In this document: positions 34,833 through 44,925 of the stretch, one piece after another
Numbering within the stretch: the first letter of the stretch is position 1
How the letters are laid out: each line of letters opens with the position of its first letter
Source: Chloroflexota bacterium
GTDB lineage: Bacteria; Chloroflexota; Limnocylindria; Limnocylindrales; CSP1-4
Length of the DNA stretch: 64,000 nt
Assembly (NCBI GenBank): GCA_016781485.1
Contig: JADDQH010000003.1
Coordinates: 5,384-69,383, forward strand
Reading direction: 5' to 3'
The notes under the pieces: generated by a model
What the model was told of the DNA's origin: nothing
What the model saw: only the letters and a program-made list of their open reading frames with translations
Databases searched by the model: none
Translations under genes and position numbers: made by a program

Positions 34833-36103
34833 TCTTTCTCGTACGGCCGGCCGTCGGCGGCAGGAGCCCGCGCGCGCCCGACGAGCCCGGCCACGACGAG
34901 GATCGTGACGACGTACGGCACCATCAATAGCAGCTCTGACGGGATGGGCACGTTCAGGATCGACAGGCGCGCCTGGAGTGAGTCGGCGAAGCCGAACACG
35001 AGGCTGGCGAAGAACGACCCGACCGGGGCCCAGCCGCCGAAGATCATCGCGGCGAGCCCGATGAACCCACGGCCCGCGGTCATCTCGCGGTCGAACCGCC
35101 CCGTCGACCCCAGGACCAGGAAGGCGCCGCCGACCCCCGCCAGCATCCCGCCCAGGATCACGTTCTGGTAGCGCGTGCGGAGGACGTCGATGCCGACCGT
35201 GTCCGCCGCCTTCGGGTGCTCACCCACGGCTCGGACGCGCAGGCCCCACCGCGTCTTGAACAGCGCGACGTGGATGAGCACGACGAGCACGAACATCGCG
35301 TACACGAACACGTTGTTGTTGAAGACGATCGGTCCGACGACCGGGATATCGGAGAGCAGCGGGATCTGGATCGGACCCAGCCGGTCGGGGTTGTTGAGCT
35401 CGGGCCTCCGTTGCAGCACGCGAGCGGAGAGGAAGCTGGTCATGCCGATCGCGAAGATGTTGATGACCGTCCCGGCGATGATCTGGTCGACCCGGTAGCG
35501 GATCGAGAGCACCGCGAGCAGTGCGGCCAGCAGTGCCCCCACGACGACGGCCGCGATGATCCCGATCCACGGGCTGCCCGTCGCACTCGCGGCGACGGCG
35601 GCGACGAACGCGCCGGTGAGGAGCATTCCCTCGATCGCGATGTTCACCACGCCGGCCCGTTCGCACAGCACACCCGCGAGGGCCGCGAACGTGATCGGCG
35701 TTGCGCGCTGGAGCGTGCCCTGGAGGACGCCGACGAGATTCATCGAGCGCGTCGATGCTGCCCAGACCAGGAAACCCGCGATGAACAGCAGGACGACAGC
35801 TCCGAGCACGACGGCGTTCCGTGCCCCGAACCCACGCGTGAGCTGGACGGCCCCCAGGAATGCGCACAAGCCGGCGAGCGCGTATGCCGTGGGCGCCGAC
35901 GGGACGACGAGTGGTGGCAGCTGGACGGCGACGCGGGGCGCGTTCAGCTCGAACGACGAGGTCGCTCCGGGCTCCGTCGCGGCGCCGAACGCGACCGCGA
36001 TGATCGCCGCCAGAGCGAGATAGACGAACCCGAACAGCTGCTGGCGACGGAGGCCGGCAGAGCCCGCGCCAACGGTGGTGGCGGCGGCGGTCACGTGCCC
36101 CAC
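34829..36103 (-). CDS. ABC transporter permease (BMP/nucleoside uptake type)
   Basis: Multi-TM permease; operon with the BMP-family SBP and a dual-NBD ATPase. Confidence 0.75.
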   Translation of the reverse strand: MGHVTAAATTVGAGSAGLRRQQLFGFVYLALAAIIAVAFGAATEPGATSSFELNAPRVAVQLPPLVVPSAPTAYALAGLCAFLGAVQLTRGFGARNAVVLGAVVLLFIAGFLVWAASTRSMNLVGVLQGTLQRATPITFAALAGVLCERAGVVNIAIEGMLLTGAFVAAVAASATGSPWIGIIAAVVVGALLAALLAVLSIRYRVDQIIAGTVINIFAIGMTSFLSARVLQRRPELNNPDRLGPIQIPLLSDIPVVGPIVFNNNVFVYAMFVLVVLIHVALFKTRWGLRVRAVGEHPKAADTVGIDVLRTRYQNVILGGMLAGVGGAFLVLGSTGRFDREMTAGRGFIGLAAMIFGGWAPVGSFFASLVFGFADSLQARLSILNVPIPSELLLMVPYVVTILVVAGLVGRARAPAADGRPYEKE

Positions 36104-37479
36104 CCCTTCGAGAAGACCTCGGTGCCCGTCGTGCGCCCGGCGCGGATCCGGTAGAGGCCGCGGACGAGGGCCGGAGCGGCGATGAACATGATGACCAGCG
36201 CCTGCACGACGACGACGAGGTCGATCGGGATCCCCGTCGCTGCCTGCATCGGGGTCGCGCCGGCGCGCAGGGCGCCGAACAGGAGCGCAGCGGCGACGAC
36301 GCCGAGGGGCCGGGAGCGGCCGAGCAGCGCCAGCGCGATCGCATCGAAACCGTAGCCCGGAGACAGCCCCGAGACGAGCCGTCGGTTGGAGCCGAGCACC
36401 TCCGACGTGCCCGCGAGCCCCGCGAGGCCGCCGCAGACCGCCATCGCGAGGATGACCGTTCGGCCGGTGTCGATACCGGCGTACCGCGCCGCCTGCGGGT
36501 TGAGGCCGACGGCTCGGAACTCGAAGCCCTTGGTGGAGCGGAACAGCAGCCAGGAGACGACGGCGGCAGCGATCAGCGCGATGACGAGTCCCCAGTGGAC
36601 GCCGGCGGCGAGGCCGGGGATCAACGGCGGGAGAGCCGCACTCTCGACGACCTCCTTGGAGATCGGATCCTCGCGACCCGGTCTCTGGAACACATCGGTC
36701 TTGAGGGCGAGGTCGATCAACCGGTAGGCGACGTAGTTGAGCATGATCGTGACGATCACCTCATGGGCGCCGGTCCGCGCCTTGAGGAACCCGGGGATGA
36801 ATCCCCAGAGCGCACCACCCAGGAACCCTGCGGCGACCGCGAGCGGGATGTGGATGAAGAACGGAAGCCCGGGGAACGAGAACCCGACGAACACCGCGAA
36901 CAGCGCGCCCAGATACAGCTGTCCCTCGGCCCCGATGTTGAAGAGCCCCGAGCGGAACGCGAGGGCGACCGAGAGGCCCGCGAAGATGAGCGGCGTCGAG
37001 CGCTGGAGCGTGACGCTGATGGGGTCGAGTGCCGCCACGAACGCGTCGAGGTCGCCTGCTGCGAGCGCTCCCACGAGGTCCCCGGGGTTGCCGATGGAGC
37101 CGGCGATGAGCGCACCGTAGGCCGCGGCGACGAGGTCCCACGAGGCCCCGAGCGCGGCCACCGGATCGACGCCGAACAGCGTGACGAGATCGGGGTCGCT
37201 GAGCACGATCACCAGCGCTCCCAGGATCAACGCCGTGAGGATCGCGAGCGCCGGGAGCAGCAGCCCCCGCCCGAACGTGACCGCCTGCCGAGTGAGACCG
37301 GGGCGGGTCGGGCGCTCGGGGACGGCTGCCATGGAACCCTGACCAGGCGCAGCCACGGGCGCAGCGTCGAGGGCGACAGGTGTCGCCGACATGGTCTCGG
37401 GAGGTGCGCCCGGGGAATCCGCGGCGCCGACACCAGAAGGGGAAACGCCACCCGCTGAAGAGTCGCGAGGTTCGGTCAT
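36091..37479 (-). CDS. ABC transporter permease (BMP/nucleoside uptake type)
   Basis: Multi-TM permease with an N-terminal low-complexity extension. Confidence 0.75.
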   Translation of the reverse strand: MTEPRDSSAGGVSPSGVGAADSPGAPPETMSATPVALDAAPVAAPGQGSMAAVPERPTRPGLTRQAVTFGRGLLLPALAILTALILGALVIVLSDPDLVTLFGVDPVAALGASWDLVAAAYGALIAGSIGNPGDLVGALAAGDLDAFVAALDPISVTLQRSTPLIFAGLSVALAFRSGLFNIGAEGQLYLGALFAVFVGFSFPGLPFFIHIPLAVAAGFLGGALWGFIPGFLKARTGAHEVIVTIMLNYVAYRLIDLALKTDVFQRPGREDPISKEVVESAALPPLIPGLAAGVHWGLVIALIAAAVVSWLLFRSTKGFEFRAVGLNPQAARYAGIDTGRTVILAMAVCGGLAGLAGTSEVLGSNRRLVSGLSPGYGFDAIALALLGRSRPLGVVAAALLFGALRAGATPMQAATGIPIDLVVVVQALVIMFIAAPALVRGLYRIRAGRTTGTEVFSKGWGT

Positions 37480-39038
37480 CCCGCGGATGCTGCGGCGGCG
37501 GCGATCTCCTGTGCCTCCGGGTCGAGCCCCTCCTCGGGCCGCGCTCCGCCCATCAGCAGCCCCAGGCGCTCCGGCGTCGCCTCGGCTGGATCGAGGATCG
37601 CGACGATCCGCCCCTGGTACATGACCGCGATGCGGTCGGCGAGTGCGAGCACCTCGTCGAGCTCGGTGGAAACGATCAGCACCGCCGTCCCCTCGTCGCG
37701 CTTCTCGACGATCCGGCGGTGGATGTACTCGATCGATCCCACGTCAAGACCTCGCGTCGGCTGCGCCGCGACGAGCAGGCGGATCGGCCGCGAGAACTCA
37801 CGCGCGACGATGACCTTCTGCTGATTCCCGCCCGAGAGGTTCGCGACGTCGTTGAACACCGACGGCGTCCGGACGTCGTACTGGGCGACCTGCTCGCGTG
37901 CCCTCTGCAGGATGGCGTGGCGCTCGAGTCGCAGCCCGGTGGCGTACGGCGCGAGGTAGTAGCTGTTCAGCACGAGGTTGTCCGCGATCGTGAAGCCGGG
38001 CACCAGCCCGTCCTCCAACCGGTCCTCGGGGACGTGCGCGCACCCGGCCTCGAAGACGCGCCGCGGATGTGCCGTGATCGGACGCCCGTCGAGCGTCACG
38101 GTCCCTGCGGAGACGGGCCGGAGACCGGTCACGGCCTCAACGAGCTCCGTCTGCCCGTTTCCCTGCACGCCCGCGATGCACGCGATCTCTCCTGCGTGCA
38201 CGGTCAGGTCCAGCCCGTCGACGGCGACGTGATCACGGTCGTCACACACGACCAGTCCCTTGATCTCGAGCACCGTGCCCGCGGGTTCCGAGGGCGCTTT
38301 GTCCACCTGGAGCTGAACGCTCCGCCCGACCATCATCGCCGCCAGCTGCTCCCTGCTCGTCGTGCCGGGTGTCGTCGTCCCGGCCACCCGACCCCGTCGC
38401 AGGACCGTGATCCGATCGGCGACCTGCAGCACTTCGTTCAGCTTGTGCGTGATGAAGATGATCGACGTCCCGCTCCGCGCGAGCGAGCGCATGATCGCGA
38501 ACAGCTCTTCGCCTTCCTGGGGCGTCAGGACAGCGGTCGGCTCGTCGAGGATGAGCACGTCCGATCGGCGGTACAGCGCCTTGATGATCTCGACGCGTTG
38601 GCGTACACCGACGGGCAGGTCTTCGACGAGTGCGTCGGGGTCGACCCTGAGACCGTGACGCTCCGACACCTCGACGATCCGGCGTCTCGCGTCCGCCACG
38701 TCCAGTAGCCCCCCGAAGCCTCTGGTCGACTCGGCACCGAGCATGACGTTCTCCGTGACGGTGAATACCGGCACGAGCATGAAGTGCTGGTGGACCATCC
38801 CGATCCCGGCCGCGATCGCGTCGCCCGGGTCGTGGAACGTCACGGACCGGCCGTCGAGGAGGATCTCGCCCTCGTCCGGCCGATACAGGCCGTACAGCAC
38901 GTTCATCAGGGTCGTCTTGCCCGCGCCGTTCTCGCCCAGCAGCGCATGGATCTCGCCCGGCTCGACGACGAGGTCCACACCTTCGTTCGCCACGACGCCC
39001 GGGAAGCGCTTCGTGATGCCCTGCAGCTCGAGCTTCAC
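37476..39038 (-). CDS. ABC transporter ATP-binding protein with two fused nucleotide-binding domains
   Basis: Two Walker A motifs (GENGAGKTT and GVQGNGQTE), two LSGGQ signatures, ~520 aa. Confidence 0.85.
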   Translation of the reverse strand: MKLELQGITKRFPGVVANEGVDLVVEPGEIHALLGENGAGKTTLMNVLYGLYRPDEGEILLDGRSVTFHDPGDAIAAGIGMVHQHFMLVPVFTVTENVMLGAESTRGFGGLLDVADARRRIVEVSERHGLRVDPDALVEDLPVGVRQRVEIIKALYRRSDVLILDEPTAVLTPQEGEELFAIMRSLARSGTSIIFITHKLNEVLQVADRITVLRRGRVAGTTTPGTTSREQLAAMMVGRSVQLQVDKAPSEPAGTVLEIKGLVVCDDRDHVAVDGLDLTVHAGEIACIAGVQGNGQTELVEAVTGLRPVSAGTVTLDGRPITAHPRRVFEAGCAHVPEDRLEDGLVPGFTIADNLVLNSYYLAPYATGLRLERHAILQRAREQVAQYDVRTPSVFNDVANLSGGNQQKVIVAREFSRPIRLLVAAQPTRGLDVGSIEYIHRRIVEKRDEGTAVLIVSTELDEVLALADRIAVMYQGRIVAILDPAEATPERLGLLMGGARPEEGLDPEAQEIAAAAASAG

Positions 39039-39059
39039 GTTCTCACTCCCCTCCGGTCC

Positions 39060-40292
39060 TCAGACCCTGACCCGTAGCTCCTGCAGCCCGCGCAGGATGT
39101 ACGTCGGCTTCCAGACCGGCTCCGCCACGACCGTCATCGTGGGCAGGCGCCGCAGCAGTGTCGCGAACAGGATGGCGAGCTCCAGGCGCGCGAGTGGCGC
39201 GCCGAGGCAGTAATGGACGCCAGCCCCGAAAGCGAGATGCGGGTTCGGGGAGCGAGAAAGGTCCAGGCGGTCGGGCTCGTCGAACACATCGGGGTCGTGG
39301 TTCGCCGACCCGAACAGGAGCGCGAGTTCCTCGCCCCTCGGGATCCTCACCCCCTCGACTTCGATGTCCTCCAACACCCATCGCTCGAACATCTGGAGCG
39401 GTGTGTCGTAGCGCATCAGTTCCTCGATCGCGCTCGCGACGAGCGAGTGATCCTCGCGAAGCCGCGCGAACTGCTCCGGGTTTCGGAACAACGCCCACCA
39501 CGCGTTACCCGCCAGGTTCACCGATGCCTCGTGACCGGCGTTGAGCAGGAGCACACAGGTCCCGATCAGCTCGTCCTCGGTGAGCACGTCGCCTTCGTCC
39601 ACGACCTGGGTGAGCCGGGAGATGAGATCGTCGCCGGGATCCGCCCGCCTCTTCCGCGACAGCTCGCGCAGGTAGTCCGAGAACTCCACGCTCGCGCGCA
39701 CCGCCCTGCGGGCCGATGCCTCGGAGGGATTGAGCTCGTACATCAGGCAGATGTCGGCCGACCAGGGACGCAGCAGCGGGCGGTCGACCTCGGGTACCCC
39801 GAGCAGTTCTGCGATGACGGTGACCGGGAGCGGTTCTGCGATCCGCGAGATGAGATCGAACTCGGGCTCACCTTGCACGGCGTCGATCAGTCCGTCGACG
39901 ATGCCCTGGATCCGCCCGCGGAGGTTCTCCACCGTCCGGGGCGTGAACGCGCGCGAGACGAGGCGCCGCAGGCGGGTGTGGTCGGGCGGCTCGCGGTCGA
40001 GCATCCCGTTCCGGATGAGATGCCAGAACGGGGCATGCCATTCCGGCTCTTCGGGGCGGCCCATCTCCTGGTGGGACGCGACATGGAGGTACGTCCGCCC
40101 GAGCCGCCGATCGCGAAGCAGCGCGTTGACGTCAGCGTACCGGGAGACGATCCACTGGTTCGTGTCGCCGTTATAGAGGACGGGGTATCGCTCGCGGAGC
40201 TCCGCGTACGTGGGATACGGGTTCGCGATGAACGCGACGTCCCACGGATCGAAGCCGAGGCTGCGGGGCGTCGCGGACGAGACCGCGCTCAT
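39060..40292 (-). CDS. Cytochrome P450
   Basis: Heme-thiolate loop FGAGVHYCLGAPLA (FGxGxHxCxG), ExxR (ELMRYD) and I-helix AGHEAS. Confidence 0.8.
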   Translation of the reverse strand: MSAVSSATPRSLGFDPWDVAFIANPYPTYAELRERYPVLYNGDTNQWIVSRYADVNALLRDRRLGRTYLHVASHQEMGRPEEPEWHAPFWHLIRNGMLDREPPDHTRLRRLVSRAFTPRTVENLRGRIQGIVDGLIDAVQGEPEFDLISRIAEPLPVTVIAELLGVPEVDRPLLRPWSADICLMYELNPSEASARRAVRASVEFSDYLRELSRKRRADPGDDLISRLTQVVDEGDVLTEDELIGTCVLLLNAGHEASVNLAGNAWWALFRNPEQFARLREDHSLVASAIEELMRYDTPLQMFERWVLEDIEVEGVRIPRGEELALLFGSANHDPDVFDEPDRLDLSRSPNPHLAFGAGVHYCLGAPLARLELAILFATLLRRLPTMTVVAEPVWKPTYILRGLQELRVRV

Positions 40293-40392
40293 GGGGTCCT
40301 CAGCGTATCGGTCCGGCCGGCGGTCTGCAGCGGATGAAGACGGACGGCGTCCAGTGGGGACGCCGTCCGTCGGTGCTGCGCGCGAAAACGGC

Positions 40393-41583
40393 CTATTGCC
40401 CGGGGGCGCCCTCATACCAGTCTGCAGGCTTGACCTGGCCGGACGCGATCGCCTGCCGCAGCGCGTCGATCTCCGCGTCGAGCTCCTGCGGGACGTCGTT
40501 CTCGAACTCGTGGTACGGCGCCAGGCCGACGCCCTCGTTCTTGAGCGTGTTCACCTGTACGCCACCCTTGAATCTGCCTTCGAGAGCGGACCTGATGGCG
40601 CCCTTCACGCCATTGTCGATGCGCTTCAGGATGCTCGAGAGCATCACGTCCCTGTACTCGGGCGCGGAGATCGCCTGGTCCACGTCGACGCCGATGAACA
40701 TCACGCCCTCGGCATCCTGCACCGCGGCTGCGGCTCCGAGCCCGACGGGGCCGGCGACCGCCATGACCACGTCGGCGCCTTCCTGGATGAAGCCCTCGGT
40801 GACCTGACGGCCCTTCGCCGTATCCTGGAAGTCGCCGGTGAAGGATCCGCTCTTCTTCTTGGGATCCCAGCCGAGCAACTGGACGTTCTTGCCCTTCTGC
40901 TTGTTGTAGTAGTTCACGCCGGCGGCAAAGCCTTCCATGAACGTGCGCACCGGCGGGATGTCGATGCCCCCGAACGTGGCCACCTTGCCGGTCTTGCTCA
41001 TGCCCGCGGCGAGATACCCGCCGAGCATCGTCGCCTCGTCGATCGCGAACACGATCCCGGCGACGTTCGGGATGACGGGGTCATAGGCGAAGTCGACGAT
41101 CGCGAACTTCTGCTTCGGGTTCGCCTTCGCCGCTGCCTCTGTCGCATCGCCCAGCAGGAAGCCGACGGTGACGATCAGATCGCACTTCTCGTTGATGAAG
41201 GTCTGGATGTTGCGGTTGTAGTCGGCTTCGGACGTGGACTCGAGGAACTTGATCTCGCCGATGCCGAACTCGGCCTTGGCACCCTCGAGCCCCGCGTACG
41301 CGTTCTGGTTGAACCCCTTGTCGTCGATGCCGCCGGTATCGCTGACCTCGCAGGCCTTGAAGTCGGCTGCACCGGGAAGCGGAGTCCCTGCCGCGGCCCC
41401 GCCGCCCGCCGGACTCCCGCCCGCCGGACCCCCGCCCGCTGGACTGTTCGCCGCCGGGCTCCCGGCCCCGGCGCCGCCGGCGGCCGGACTTCCACCACCC
41501 GGGCGACCTGCGCCGCCCTGGCACGCCCCTACGATGAGGGCGGTCGCGGCGACGAGCGCCGCGAGAGCACGCGTCGTGCCCAA
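40393..41583 (-). CDS. BMP-family (Med/PnrA-like) ABC substrate-binding lipoprotein, probably nucleoside-binding
   Basis: TTG start after a GAGGAG RBS; lipobox IVGAC; a long Gly/Ala/Pro/Ser tether; then the BMP fold (ACEVSDTGGIDDKGFNQ). Confidence 0.8.
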   Translation of the reverse strand: MGTTRALAALVAATALIVGACQGGAGRPGGGSPAAGGAGAGSPAANSPAGGGPAGGSPAGGGAAAGTPLPGAADFKACEVSDTGGIDDKGFNQNAYAGLEGAKAEFGIGEIKFLESTSEADYNRNIQTFINEKCDLIVTVGFLLGDATEAAAKANPKQKFAIVDFAYDPVIPNVAGIVFAIDEATMLGGYLAAGMSKTGKVATFGGIDIPPVRTFMEGFAAGVNYYNKQKGKNVQLLGWDPKKKSGSFTGDFQDTAKGRQVTEGFIQEGADVVMAVAGPVGLGAAAAVQDAEGVMFIGVDVDQAISAPEYRDVMLSSILKRIDNGVKGAIRSALEGRFKGGVQVNTLKNEGVGLAPYHEFENDVPQELDAEIDALRQAIASGQVKPADWYEGAPGQ

Positions 41584-41666
41584 TGTCTCCTCCTCTGAAG
41601 TGATCGGTCGCCCATCCGGCCGCGCCTCGGTACGCCCGTCGGCGACGGATGCAATGATGGCACGGC

Positions 41667-42167
41667 GTGACGGCGGATGAGCGGGCGCGAGCCCGGGACG
41701 TGCTCGACCTCCAGGAGGGCCGGTGGCACGTTCCCATCCTCGACGCGCGAGGCGCGGAGGAGCTGCTCGCGACCGCTCACCGGATCGCCGTGATCGGTGC
41801 CTCGCCCGATGCGGCGCGACCATCCCATGGCGTGATGCGCTACCTCCTGGCGCACGGCTATGAGTGTGTCCCCGTCAACCCGCGGGCGACCGACGTCCTC
41901 GGCAACATCTCGTTCCCGTCACTTGAGATCGCAGTGGCGGAGACAGGGCCGTTCGACATCGTCAACGTGTTCCGGCGCCCCGGGGCGACGCCTGACGTCG
42001 CACGAAGTGCCGTCGCGACCGGCGCCAGGGCTCTGTGGCTCCAGTTCGGCATCGTGAACTGGGAGGCCGCCCGGATCGCGCACGAGGGCGGCCTGGGAGT
42101 GGTGATGGATCGCTGTACCCGCATCGATCACGAGGTCGCGATCCGACGGAGGACCCGCGACCGCTGA
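41667..42167 (+). CDS. CoA-binding domain protein (YccU-like)
   Basis: IAVIGASPDAARPSHGVMRYLLAHGYECVPVNP Rossmann-like CoA-binding motif. Confidence 0.6.
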   Translation: MTADERARARDVLDLQEGRWHVPILDARGAEELLATAHRIAVIGASPDAARPSHGVMRYLLAHGYECVPVNPRATDVLGNISFPSLEIAVAETGPFDIVNVFRRPGATPDVARSAVATGARALWLQFGIVNWEAARIAHEGGLGVVMDRCTRIDHEVAIRRRTRDR

Positions 42168-42199
42168 GGACACGTACCGGGACCGGCCGAGTCGGGCTC

Positions 42200-42568
42200 C
42201 TAGATGCGGAGATCCTCCCAGAGCCCCAGCTCATTCCCCTCGGTGTCCGCGACGACGGCATACCAGCCCTGCCCCGGCACCTCAGCCCTTGGCTCGACCA
42301 CCGAACCGCCCAACTGCTCGATGCGGGGCAGTGTCTCGTCGATCGAATCGACCGTCACGAAGTTGCGGACACGCTCCCCCGCCGACCTTCCACGCCGCCC
42401 GACGGCGCCGCCGAGCCCCTCACGGCCCGCGGCCGTCTCGAACAGGTAGTAGTCCGGGAAGTCCTCCATCGCCCGGAACCGCCAGCCGAACGCCTCTGCG
42501 TAGAAGTTCCGCGCCCGTTCCGGGTCATCCGCCGGGAACTCGACGTGAGTGATGTCACCGTGCGCCAT
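42200..42568 (-). CDS. VOC (glyoxalase/bleomycin-resistance) family protein
   Basis: ITHVEFPADDPERARNFYAEAFGW...GGSVVEP fold signature; start trimmed to the internal ATG. Confidence 0.65.
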   Translation of the reverse strand: MAHGDITHVEFPADDPERARNFYAEAFGWRFRAMEDFPDYYLFETAAGREGLGGAVGRRGRSAGERVRNFVTVDSIDETLPRIEQLGGSVVEPRAEVPGQGWYAVVADTEGNELGLWEDLRI

Positions 42569-42626
42569 CCTCGCCTCCCCTCTTCGGCGGCGTTGCGCCG
42601 CCTCAGGGCCGGAGTCTAGCCGGGCG

Positions 42627-42914
42627 TCAGCGGATGGCGAAGCCGAGGAACACAAGAACGACCCCCGCGACGGCGACGAACGCCCAGCGCCGGGCGCGGT
42701 CACGCAGCTCCTGGCGCATCACGTCAGCGCCTGTGACCGACCGATCCCTACCGCCCGCGGCCGTGCGCCGTCCACCACGCCAGTCCTCGTACCGCCGCAC
42801 GTTCTCCTCGGTCGCCTGCAGTGCGCGATACCGCTGGTACGGCGCGCGCGCCTGGAGGTAGCCGACCACGATCAGCGCGACGCCGGCGAGCCACAGGAGG
42901 AGGTTGACGGTCAC
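42627..42914 (-). CDS. Small two-TM membrane protein, hypothetical
   Basis: Two hydrophobic helices flanking a charged loop; no family assigned. Confidence 0.35.
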   Translation of the reverse strand: MTVNLLLWLAGVALIVVGYLQARAPYQRYRALQATEENVRRYEDWRGGRRTAAGGRDRSVTGADVMRQELRDRARRWAFVAVAGVVLVFLGFAIR

Positions 42915-42995
42915 CGGTGCGGGCCGGGGATCGCCGCGGAAGCGAGTCGTCCGGCGTGGCGCAGACGCCCGATGCTCACGTGCCTCGGCCGAGGT

Positions 42996-44540
42996 TCAGG
43001 CGCCAAGCCGGTCGCGGAACAGCCGCTGGACGATCGCCGCGTTCGCCTGTCCGCGGGTCGCCTTCATGACCTGTCCGGTCAGGAAACCCACCGCCTGCGT
43101 CTTGCCGGCGCGCACGTCGGCGACCGCGGCCGGGTTCGCCTCGAGCACCTCGTCCACGGCGGCCTCCAGCGCCGATACGTCGCTGATCTGCCGCAGCCCA
43201 AGCTCCGCGACGATGGCATCGACTCCCTCCCTCGTCGCGAAGTGCCGCTCGAACACCTGCTTCGCGTTCGTGCCGGAGATCGCGCCGTCCTCCACGAGGC
43301 GGACGAGTCGGGCCAGCTCGCGGGGTGAGACGGGCGGCTGACCGGCTGCCTCGCCGTCACCACCGCCGCCCCCGATGCCGTTGCGATCGCCTCCGCCGGG
43401 ACCCGGAACCGTCCCCTCCCCGCCAGCGACCTTCGCCAAGCGGAGGTACTCCCCCGTGACCCAGTTCGCGACGCGCTTCGCCGGCAGCGCCTCGTCGGCG
43501 GTGAGCGCTGCCTCGAACAGCCGAGTCGCGTCGAGGTCGGCCACGAGCACCGCGGCGTCGTACGCGGACAGGCCGAGCTCCTCCACGTATCTGCGTCGCC
43601 GTGCCGCGGGTAGCTCCGGCATCCGGGCCCGGATCCCCTCGAGCCACGCGTCGTCCGTGCGAAGCGGCGGGAGATCCGGCTCCGGGAAGTACCGGTAGTC
43701 CTGCGAGTACTCCTTCGAGCGCATCGTGTACGTCGCGCCGCGGTCGTCGTCCCAGCCACGGGTCTCCTGGAGGAGCCGCTCCCCGGCGTCGATCGCCCGC
43801 GCCTGCCGCTCGATCTCGAACCCGATCGCTCGCTCCACGGATCGGAACGAGTTCATGTTCTTCACTTCCACCCGGGTCCCGAACGCCTCCTGGCCCCATG
43901 GCCGCAACGAGACGTTCGCCTCGACGCGCATCTGGCCGTTCTCGAGCTCCGCGTCCGACGCGCCGATCGTCATCAGCAGCATCCGCAGCTCCTCGGCGTA
44001 GCGTCGCGCCTGCTCCGCCGTCCGGAGGTCGGGCTCGGTCACGATCTCCATCAGCGGGACCCCGGAGCGGTTGAAGTCCACTCGGCTGACCCGCTTGCCG
44101 TTCGAGTCGACCTCATGGACGAGCCGGGCGGTGTCCTCCTCGAGGTGTGCGCGTGTGATGGCGACCGAGACCTGGCCGTCCGATGTGTCGAACTCGAGCC
44201 GCCCGCGGGCAGACAGCGGCAGGTCGTACTGGCTGATCTGATAGCCCTTCGGTAGGTCCGGATAGAAGTAGTTCTTCCGATCCCACCGGGTGTACTCCGG
44301 GATCTCGGCGCCGAGCGCCAGCGCCGTGGCGAGCACGTGCTCCACGGCTACCCGGTTGATCACCGGCAGCGCGCCCGGGAGCCCGAGACAGACGGGGCAG
44401 GTGTGCGAGTTGGGCGGATCGTCCTGGAAGTCCGTCGAGCACGGGCAGAACATCTTCGAGGCGGTCCGCAGCTGGACGTGGCACTCGATGCCGATGACCG
44501 CTTCGTACTTCACCAGCGGGGACGCTTCCGCAACGTTCAT
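42996..44540 (-). CDS. gatB: Asp-tRNA(Asn)/Glu-tRNA(Gln) amidotransferase subunit B
   Basis: N-terminus YEAVIGIECHVQL...FCPCS; contains a Gly-rich insertion (GGGDRNGIGGGGGDGEAAGQPP) in the C-terminal region. Confidence 0.9.
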   Translation of the reverse strand: MNVAEASPLVKYEAVIGIECHVQLRTASKMFCPCSTDFQDDPPNSHTCPVCLGLPGALPVINRVAVEHVLATALALGAEIPEYTRWDRKNYFYPDLPKGYQISQYDLPLSARGRLEFDTSDGQVSVAITRAHLEEDTARLVHEVDSNGKRVSRVDFNRSGVPLMEIVTEPDLRTAEQARRYAEELRMLLMTIGASDAELENGQMRVEANVSLRPWGQEAFGTRVEVKNMNSFRSVERAIGFEIERQARAIDAGERLLQETRGWDDDRGATYTMRSKEYSQDYRYFPEPDLPPLRTDDAWLEGIRARMPELPAARRRRYVEELGLSAYDAAVLVADLDATRLFEAALTADEALPAKRVANWVTGEYLRLAKVAGGEGTVPGPGGGDRNGIGGGGGDGEAAGQPPVSPRELARLVRLVEDGAISGTNAKQVFERHFATREGVDAIVAELGLRQISDVSALEAAVDEVLEANPAAVADVRAGKTQAVGFLTGQVMKATRGQANAAIVQRLFRDRLGA

Positions 44541-44925
44541 GAGGCTAGTTTCGCATGCGACCAACGTCCTGCTACTGCTCGCGCCTTTCGGCCGACGCCC
44601 GCGCGAAATGCAAGGGCTAGCCTCGACGGGTGCATCGACTCCACGCACTCCTCGTGCAGATCATCGTCGCCGGATCGCTCGTCGCGGCGTGCATGCCCGG
44701 GGGTGCTGGGGGCCCCGGTAACGCGACACGTCCCTCGAGCTCGTCCGCGCCCACCTGGTCGTCTCGGGTGAGCAGATCGTCGGCGCGTGGATCTCGGTAG
44801 AGCCGGAGGCGCCCGGCGTCTACCCTCTCGACACTCCGCGCGAGGAGCTCCAGGGGTAGTGGTGTAGGCGAGCATGCAGTTCACCGCCGGGTTCGGGATG
44901 CTGCGAACCGACCACGCCGCGGCCC

